Assembly: GCA_951406725.2 (NCBI GenBank)
Contig: OX597838.1
Coordinates: 16,926,001 to 16,990,000, forward strand
DNA length: 64,000 bases
Direction: 5' to 3'
From: Octopus vulgaris
Lineage: Eukaryota
Positions 55,072-64,000 of the stretch are shown piece by piece. The translations under genes were made by a program, and so were the position numbers. The notes below the pieces were generated by a model. The model was not told the DNA's origin and did no database searches. It saw nothing but the letters and a program-made list of their open reading frames with translations. Numbering within the stretch: position 1 is the first letter of the stretch; each line of letters opens with the position of its first letter.

Positions 55072-55839
55072 ATCTGAAGACTATGAAAATATTTACCTAT
55101 TTAAAGACTATGGAAATATTTACAATTATACATATCAACTTGTGTGTTACCTTGCTACCTTCTACATATATATATGTCTATAATGTGGTATAGACAGGGA
55201 ACAAAAGAAATTTGCTGCTCAGACACACACACACACAGAGGGTGGTGCAAAAGTTGTGCACCAGTGAAGTAACACTTTGCCACAACATCTTCATATTTGT
55301 TATTCTTTGTAAGTAAATGTGATAAATGTTCATAAAATGAGAATTATTTTCTATTTTAGAAACGTGTCGTAGGAGTGGCTGTGTGGTAAGTAGCTTGCTT
55401 ACCAGCCACATGGTTCCAGGTTCAGTCCCACTGCGTGGCACCTTGGGCAAGTGTCTTCTGCTATAGCCTCGGGGTCGACCAAAGCCTTGTGAGTGGATTT
55501 GGTAGACGGAAACTGAAAGAAGCCCATCGTATATATGTATATGTTTATATATATATGTGTGTGTGTTTGTGTGTCTGTGTTTGTCCCCCCAACATCACTT
55601 GAAAACTGGTGCTGGTGTGTTTACATCCCTGTAACTTAGCGGCTCGGCAAAAGAGACCGATAGAATAGGCGTGTTTATGTCCCCATAACATAGCAGTTCG
55701 TGGAAAGGGACTGATAGAATAAGTGCTAGGCTTACAAAGAATAAGTCCTGGGGTCGATTTGCTCGACTAAAGGCGGTGCTCCAGCAGGCCACAGTCAAAT
55801 GACTGAAACAAGTAAAAGAGTAAAGAGTGTGCCAGAGAA

Positions 55840-56385
55840 GTTGTCAATAAACGAATGTGTTGAAGTTATTCTCTTGTGTGGAACAGTTTGGAAGCTCTAA
55901 TCGATTAGTTGCACAGCAGTTTAATAGCCTTCACCCCAAAAGGATGCCTATTGATCAGTCAACAGTTGGAAGGTTGTTAAAAAGGAAACAGGAAGTGTCC
56001 GTGACTGAGAACATAGTGGTAGACCAAGAACAACAACAGATAAGTCAAGACTATTGAAAAGCTTGCAAGATGTAACAAAAATTTTAGGAAAATAAAAATA
56101 AGAAAACAAGTGGAAATTTTACCGGTGAGTGTTTTGAATTATAAGGCACAAAAAGAAAATGACTCTCCCCAGACACAACAGATAAGATAACTGCAATGAC
56201 TTTAGTTACTCATATTGAACAGAGTTCAATAAAATCAACAACAAAACCATCTCAAGAAACTGGTGTCAGAAGACACTTGGTTCAGCGTATTTTAAAATTG
56301 CATGTTTTCCATTTGTATAAATTCTATTTAGTTCAGGCGTTACATGTTGGACGACAGAGACCAGAGAATGGAATTCTGTGATTGG
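55840..56385 (+). pseudogene. Tc1/mariner-superfamily transposase N-terminal (HTH) remnant
   Basis: NRLVAQQFNSLHPKRMPIDQSTVGRLLKR...SGRPRT-like segment and later VQRILKLHVFHLYKFYLVQAL; interrupted at 56052-56180. Confidence 0.55.
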
Positions 56386-56829
56386 ATCATCATCATCATC
56401 ATCATCATCATCATCGATTAACATCCGCTTTTCATGCTAGCATGGGTTGGACGGTTCAACTGGGGTCTGGGAAGCCCGAAGGCTGCACCAGGCCAGTCAG
56501 ATCTGGCAGTGTTTCTACAGCTAGATGCCCTTCCTAACACCAACCACTCCGTGAGTGTAGTGGGTGCTTTTTACATCCCACTGGCACAGGTGCCAGATGG
56601 GGCTGGTGAACGGCCACACTTGGATGGTGCTTTTTACATGCCACTGGCACGGAGGCCAGGCAAAGCTGGCAACGGCCACGATCAGATGGTGTTTGTTACA
56701 TGCCACCGGCACGGAGGCCAGTCGATGCGGTGCTGGCTATGGCCACATTCGGATGGTTCTCTTATGTGCTACTGGCACTGGTACCACAACTACAAATTCC
56801 ATTGATGTTGATCGATTTCGATTTTGAAC

Positions 56830-57410
56830 AATTTATCAAAAACATCTTGAAGAAGACACAGGCCCTCCAAAAACGGTGAATATCTATGAATGCTCAAATC
56901 TATTTTTGATGCCTGTATTTGATGATGAACTGGTAAAAACTGGTTACTTTGTGATTGAGATCTCATGGGAGGTTTTGGGCGATTTGATTGAGATCTCATG
57001 GGAGGTTTTGGGCGATTTTTGTTTTCTCCCTTATTACCAGATTTTTTTCTGTTCATAAAACGATTGCACCAGCCTACTGTTGCTTAAAAATCTTTACTTA
57101 CTTCTTTATATGATTCAGCCCATTTTAGGGCATAAGATCTTATTCTATTTCATGTTACAATGTAGCCATCGTGTCTCTGCTGGAGTACCCATTCTGCTAC
57201 ATCATTTCCCAATTTCGGCCAATGAGTGCTTCCTCTTCTCATTGCATATTTTTGCTTGTTCATTTGTCTTAAATTTCCCTCATTCTTTCTCCACTCTCAT
57301 ACCAACTTCCTGGTAACATCGAATGTCCTAGTAACAGCACAATTCTTCAAACTCTTGGCTACAGCTATAACTTTCAATTTTCTTCTTTTTGCTGGTGGTT
57401 GCATATTGGC
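56830..57410 (-). pseudogene. pogo/Tigger transposase remnant (Brinker-like and CENP-B HTH)
   Basis: Minus strand KLKVIAVAKSLKNCAVTRTFDVTRKLV*EWRKNE...VAEWVLQQR...ATVGWCNRFMNRK. Confidence 0.7.
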
Positions 57411-58819
57411 ATACTCTTTACTCTTTTACTTGTTTCAGTCATTTGACTGCGGCCATGCTGGAGCACCGCCTTTAGTCGAGCAAATCGACCCCGGGACTTA
57501 TTCTTTGTAAGCCCAGTACTTATTCTATCGGTCTCTTTTGCCGAACCGCTAAGTGACGGGGACGTAAACACACCAGCATCGGTTGTCAAGCAATGCTAGA
57601 GGGACAAACACAGACACACAAACATATGCACACATACATACATATATACGACAGGCTTCTTTCAGTTTCTGTCTACCAAATCCACTCACAAGGCTTTGGT
57701 CGGCCTGAGGCTATAGCAGAAGACACTTGCCCAAGATGCTATGCAGTGGGACTGAACACAGAACCATGTGGTTGGTTAGCAAGCTACTTACCACATAGCC
57801 ACTCCTGCGCCTATGGGTATAAAATAATTATAAATTTCATTTGACTAGGTAGTTTGTGATTTTATATGAAGTATAGGTAAATAGTTATTAATACATCAAA
57901 CTGACTGTAACTGATTAGAACATTTCAGTCATATGAACCACTATTATCGTATTGTTGTTAGCAGATGTTACGATAGCAATAAAGTTTTGATAAAGAAGAA
58001 GAATCAGGGTCCCTTTTAGGTAACGTAAGTATGAAAAACATAATACAGAAATGGATTTGTTATTTTGTTTATTTTAAATTTTAAGGATATAGAAAGTAAA
58101 AAAAAAAAAAATTCGTTATAACATCATCTTTACCTGACCAAAATTTCTAAAGATACCTGTTGTTGAAAAAGCTAACCTCTACACAAATGGTTTTGTAATT
58201 TAGCAGCTGTCTTATACTACAGATATGAGATAAATTTATGAAATCTTTTACAAACTTTGACCTCGTCTTATCTAAAGGTTGTCTTACACACAGAAATATG
58301 TTCCTTCTCGAGGCATGCCTGGCTCATAAGGGGTGGTTTCCTGGTTTCTTGGCGTATAGGTTCCCCACCTGGACGGGACGCTGGTCCGTCGCAGGTGAGC
58401 TGCAAGATGCAGGAGGAAAGAGTGAGAGAAAGTTGTGGCGAAAGAGTCAGCAGAGGTTCGCCATTACCTTCTGCCGGAGCCGCGTGGAGCTTTGGTGTTT
58501 TCGCTCATAAACATACACATCGCCCGGTCTGAGATTCGAACCCGTGATCCCTCGACCGCGAGTCCGCTGCTCTAACCACTAGGCCATGTGCCTCCACACA
58601 CAGAAATATACAGTATGTAATTGCAGCCAATAACTTGGGCTCCTTTTATTGAGCTTGGTTGCAGTTCATTTATTTTCTTTCAGTGTCTGGCGGTCGTCTT
58701 AGAAGTGCCCCATGCTAAAAAAAAATATCATTCATAGCAGATGTTCTCTTGACATCATTCACATGCTCCTGAATTGGGTTCAGAAGTTACAGCCGCCCAA
58801 GTAGTAACCATACTAACAG

Positions 58820-59041
58820 ATATTTAGCATTTAAACTGGCCATATCCAGTCCAAATAGTCTACTAGTTTTATGTTCAAACTGGCCAGATCTGGCTTTTCA
58901 CACTTATCCTACAATATCATACTAAAAATATACAAATATCATTGAAATCTCCAAGTTACAAGATAATGCATGATTAATTCAAAGCAATGTGAATAGATAA
59001 GGATTACATTTAACAGACTAATTTGAATGCTAAAGGGTTAA
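58820..59041. mobile_element. Second TTAA-type MITE family
   Basis: Ends AATGCTAAAGGG-TTAA with the left TIR remnant TTTAGCATT. Relatives at 63772-63905 (TTAACCCATTAGCATT) and 7370-7560 (reverse). Confidence 0.65.
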
Positions 59042-60018
59042 ACACTATTTTTATTGGCACACTGTTGGTTTACGTTCTGAGTTCAAATTCCGCCGAGGTC
59101 GACTTGGCCTTTCATCCTTTCGGGGTCGATAAATTAAGTACCTGTTTCTTTACTACCCACAAGGGGCTAAACACAGAGAGGACAAACAAGGACAGACATA
59201 GGTATTAAGTCGATTATATCGACCCCAGTGCGTAACTGGTACTTAATTTATCGACCCCCGAAAGGATGAAAGGCAAAGTCGACCTCGGCGGAATTTGAAC
59301 TCAGAACGTAATGGCAGATGAAATACCTATTTCTTTACTACCCACAAGGGGCTAAACATAGAGGGGACAAACAAGGACAGACAAACGGATTAAGTCGATT
59401 ACATCGACCCCAGTGCGTAACTGGTACTTAATTTATCGACCCCGAAAGGATGAAAGGCAAAGTTGACCTTGGCGGAATTTGAACTCAGAACGTAACGGCA
59501 GACGAAATACGGCTACGCATTTCGCTCGGCGTGCTAACGTTTCTTCCAGTTATGCACTGGGGTCGATATAATTGACTTAATCCGTGTGCCTGTCCTTGTT
59601 TGTCCTCTCTGTGTTTAGCCCCCTTGTGGGTAGTAAAGAAATAGGTTATGATGATGAGGGTTCCAGGTGATCTGATAAATGGAACAGTCTGCTTGTAGAA
59701 TGAACATGCAAGTGGCTGAGTACTCCACAGACATGTGTACACTTAATTAGTTATCAAGGAGATTCAGCACGACACAGAATGTGACAAAGCTGGCCCTTTG
59801 AAATTACAGGTACTACTCATTCTTGTCAGCTGAGTAGACTGGAGCAACGTGAGATAAAGTGTCTTGCCCAAGGACACAACGCGCTGCCGGGAATTGAACT
59901 CACAACCTTCCAATCACGAACCAAGTAACCTAACCACTAAGCCACATGCCTTCACTACTAATTACTTAATGATGTAATTATTACTCTCTCTCTCTCTTTC
60001 TCTCTCTCTCTTTCTCTT

Positions 60019-60099
<81 letters not shown>

Positions 60100-60243
60100 T
60101 ACACACTTTGTACATTGCGCACACGCTGCTGTTCATTTTCAAAGATACTTGTCTTCATCAACTGTGATGTAGATGATGACGATGACGACGATGATGATGA
60201 TGATACAGATGATGATGATGATGTAGAGTTCAACCAAATGTTC

Positions 60244-60489
60244 TCATTCTCTGGAATCTTTGACAACCAGTTCTTTGAATCCTGTCTCCTCATCAAATTC
60301 TCGCGTGAACGTAAGCCCCTGGCACTCTCCGATGACCACCTCCACTGTAGTGTAGACAATTAAATCTCCGAACACATGACCTCCGACGACCTTTCCTTCA
60401 GTGTCGCTGAGAGACATATGAAGGTGTCCGTCATCGGAAAGTGTCCCAACTAGAGATACGATTTCAAGAAAGCCTTCGTAATCTTTCAC
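60244..60489 (-). CDS. Last coding exon of a PPC (DUF296/PF03479) domain protein, often auto-annotated 'bifunctional protein GlmU-like' in animals; upstream exons were not found in the window
   Basis: Acceptor ttttttacAG, then VKDYEGFLEIVSLVGTLSDDGHLHMSLSDTEGKVVGGHVFGDLIVYTTVEVVIGECQGLTFTREFDEETGFKELVVKDSRE* carrying the diagnostic EIVSLVGT, HLH.S.SD..G...GGH and TT.E.V motifs. Confidence 0.9.
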   Translation of the reverse strand: MKDYEGFLEIVSLVGTLSDDGHLHMSLSDTEGKVVGGHVFGDLIVYTTVEVVIGECQGLTFTREFDEETGFKELVVKDSRE

Positions 60490-60512
60490 CTGTAAAAAAA
60501 TAAAAGAAGATA

Positions 60513-61078
60513 TCAACATCATCATCATCATCATCAACATCAACAACAACACCACCACCACCATCACCACCACCATCATCACCAACACCACCATCACCAC
60601 CACCATCATCACCACCACCACCACCACCACCACCATCACAACCACCATCATTATCACCATCACCAACACCACCACCACCACCACCATTAACACCACCACC
60701 ACCATTATCACCATCATCACCAACACCACCACCACCATCATCACCAACACCACCACCACCACCACCACCAACACCACCATCATCACCACCACCACCACCA
60801 CCATCACCATTATCACCATCATCACCACCACCACCACCACCACCACCACCACCACTACCACCATCACCACCACCACCACCACCACCACTACCACCGCCAC
60901 CATCACCACCATTACCACCATCACCACCACCATCATTATCACCATCACCACCACCACCACCATCACCACCACCACTACCACCACCACCATCATTATCACC
61001 ATCATTATCACCATCATCATCATCACTCCCCCACCACATTATCACTACCACTACCACCACCACCACCACCACCACCAT
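60513..61078. repeat. (CAC/CAT)n trinucleotide block next to the PPC exon acceptor
   Basis: Directly visible; produces the poly-V/M and poly-G/D ORF artefacts. Confidence 0.95.
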
Positions 61079-61562
61079 TTTAATGTTCATTTTTCCATCC
61101 CTGCATAGTTTGGATGGAATTAATTGAGGCAAATATTCTAGACCCGGATGCTCTTCCTGTTGCCAACCCTTGCCTGTTTCCAAGCAAAATAATATTTTCC
61201 CATGACCACACGTGTTTTCCAGAATATTGTAAATGGACGACACAGCTTGTATATGACAATTGCACTCATTTACATCTATCATGGGATGTTAAGGCATGGA
61301 GTATCATTTCCCATTTTCCGCACTTGATGACCATTCTCTTTTCAAGTGGACCAATATCATGGCGGACATCCTCTTTCTGAATAACATCCTGAGTAATATT
61401 AATGACATGCATAAATCTATACTAGCTTGCTAACCAACCACATGGTTCCAGGTTCAGTCCCACTGCGTGGCATCTTGGGCAAGTGTCTTCTGCTATAGCC
61501 TCGGGCCGACCAAAGCCTTGTGAGTGGATTTGGTAGACGGAAACTGAAAGAAGCCTGTCGTA

Positions 61563-61629
<67 letters not shown>

Positions 61630-62535
61630 TTGTGTGTCTGTGTTTGTCCCCCTAGCATTGCTTGACAGCCGATGTTGGTGTGTTTACGTCCCCGTCACTT
61701 AGCGGTTTGGCAAAAAAGACCGATAGAATAAGTACTGGGCTTATAAAAGAATAAGTCCCGGGGTCGAGTTACTCGACTAAAGGCGGTGCTCCAGCATGGC
61801 CGCAGTCAAATGACTGAAACAAGTAAAAGAGTAAAGAGTATATGTATGTGTGTGTTTGTGTGTCTGTGTTTGTCCCCCTAGCATTGCTTGACAGCCGATG
61901 TTGGTGTGTTTACGTCCCCGTCACTTAGCGGTTCGGCAAAAGAGACCGATAGAATAAGTACTGGGCTTATAAAAGAATAAGTCCCGGGGTCGATTTGCTC
62001 GACTAAAGGCGGTGCTCCAGCATGGCCACAGTCAAATGACTGAAACGAGTAAAAGAGTAAAAAGAGAGTAAGAGTATGTTGAAATGAAATAATTGTAACT
62101 TATAGAATTAAAAAGAATACCGTGAATTCCAGCCTTTGTTTTAATATTATCTGTACTCTATGACTAATACATTTGATCAGGAATTTCAACCTCTACCTAC
62201 GGTTTTCTTCATGAAAAGAAAACATCTGCACGCAGACAATTGATGACTGGAATGTGTACATGTGCTTGGTGAGGACACAGCTCGGATTGTAGTCCCTATT
62301 ACACACTCATTCTACTTTCTCTCTATACAAATGTGTGTGTGTGTGTGTATGTATGAGTGTGTATGTATGTGTGTGTATGTGTGTGTGTATGTGTGTGTAT
62401 GTGTGTGTGTATGTGTATGTATGTATGTGTGTGTATGTACGTCTGTGTGTGTGTGTGTATGCGTGTGTGTATGTATGCGTGTGTATGCATGTGTGTGTGT
62501 GTGTATGTGTGTGTTTGTGAGTGTGTATGTATGTA

Positions 62536-62587
<52 letters not shown>

Positions 62588-62823
62588 TGTGTGTGTATGT
62601 GTGTATGTATGAGTGTGTATGTGTGTGTGTGTATGTGTGTGTGTATGTGTGTATTTGTGTGTGTGTGTGTATGTGTGTGTGTATGTGTGTGTGTATATGT
62701 ATGTGTGTGTATGTATGTGTGTGTGTATGTGTGTATGTATGTATGTATGTGTGTGTGTGTTGTAAAATTAATATAAACAGTAGTTTGTAATGTTTCACCA
62801 AAAAAGAAAATTACAAATGTCAC

Positions 62824-63038
62824 TAAATGTGACTGTAGTGTTAGAAAACACTCACATTGCTAGAAATAAGAGCTAAACTGAGTGTAATGCTATAGTTAAT
62901 GTACATGAATGAAAGCATCTACACTATGATCCCTGTTAGAGTATATGTTCTCATTCACGTGCGTTCACTACAGCATTAGAGTGGTTTAGCTCTTATTTCT
63001 AGCAATCTAGGTGTCTCCTAACACCCTAGTCACATTTA
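62824..63038. mobile_element. Foldback/MITE-like inverted repeat (~95-bp arms)
   Basis: TAAATGTGACT...ATTGCTAGAAATAAGAGCTAAAC pairs with GTTTAGCTCTTATTTCTAGCAAT...AGTCACATTTA. A related single arm lies at 38400-38840. Confidence 0.7.
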
Positions 63039-64000
63039 TATGTATGTATGTATGTATGTAGTATGTATGCAGGCGTGGCTGTATGGTTATGAAGCTTGCT
63101 TCCCAACTATTTTTTTTTTTTTTACTTGTTTCAGTCATTTTGACTGCGGCCATGCTGGAGCACCGCCTTTTAGTCGAGCAACTCGACCCCGGGACTTATT
63201 CTTCGTAAGCCCAGTACTTATTCTATCGGTCTCTTTTGCCGAACCACTAAATGACGTGGACATAAACACACCAGCATCGGTTGTCAAGCAATGCTAGGGG
63301 GACAAACACAGACACACAAACATACACACACATACATATATATATATATACATATATACGACAGGCTTCTTTCAGTTTCCGTCTACCAAATCCACTCACA
63401 AGGCTTTGGTCGGCCCGAGGCTATAGTAGAAGACACTTGCCCAAGGTGCCACGCAGTGGGACTGAACCCGGAACCATGTGGTTGGTAAACAAGCTACGTA
63501 CCACACAGCCACTCCTGCGCCTATGTGGTCTTGGGTTCAGTCCCATTGCATGGCACCTTAGCCAAGTGTCTTTTACTATAGCTTTAAGCTGACCAGATTC
63601 TTGTGAGTGAATTTGGTAGATATAAACTGAAAGTAGGACTAGTAAGTAATATCCGTGACTCTTTTCAGTGTCCCTGAGATTGGTGCGAGGAACTTATCCT
63701 TGGAATCACTAGTTAGCCCTAACTGCTTGCAACTAATCCCACTAAAAGCACATAAGAGTTGAGTGAGGATGTTAACCCATTAGCATTTAAACTGGCCATA
63801 TTCAGCCTATTTTACCTGTTTTATGTTCAAAGCAGCCAAATCTGGCCTCTTAAACCTACCTTACAATGTCATTCTAAAAATAAAGTCACATCATTGAACT
63901 CTCAAAGCCATGTGACTGTTGGCACTCCGTCGGTTATGACGATGAGGGTTCCAGTTGATCTGATCAACGGAACAGCCTGCTCATGAAATTAACGTGCAAG

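Noticed and set aside
60490-61282. Poly-V/M extension of the PPC ORF and a Gly/Asp-rich ORF
   Set aside because: Intronic trinucleotide repeat; the real exon starts at the AG acceptor at 60490-60491.

Overview
AT-rich, repeat-saturated animal genomic DNA. The tRNA-derived CORE-type SINEs, RTE LINE and dense microsatellites strongly suggest an octopus/coleoid cephalopod (inference). Almost all ORFs in the supplied track are microsatellite or SINE artefacts. Two real host genes can be read on the minus strand. One is the 5' part of a DRAM/TMEM150-family gene made of tiny exons (19952-20000, 14959-15035, 1158-1211, probably with a first exon ending at 34468), which the ORF track misses entirely. 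The other is the last coding exon of a PPC/DUF296-domain gene (60244-60489). The rest is layered transposon debris: roughly 25-30 copies of one SINE, several other SINE families, RTE LINE copies and tails, Penelope-like GIY-YIG remnants, two mariners, pogo, Tc1-like, Chapaev3-like, Gypsy, Helitron-like and TTAA MITE elements. The most unusual signals are: (1) a ~270-bp insertion joining a tRNA-like head to a minimal hammerhead ribozyme and a tandem tail (40851-41120); (2) a spectrum of hammerhead-like repeats, several in tail-to-tail inverted repeats; (3) a 169-bp satellite built from a TTAA MITE; (4) inverted repeats positioned to form dsRNA around host exons and a 3' UTR. All calls were made by eye, repeat boundaries are approximate, and no database search was run.
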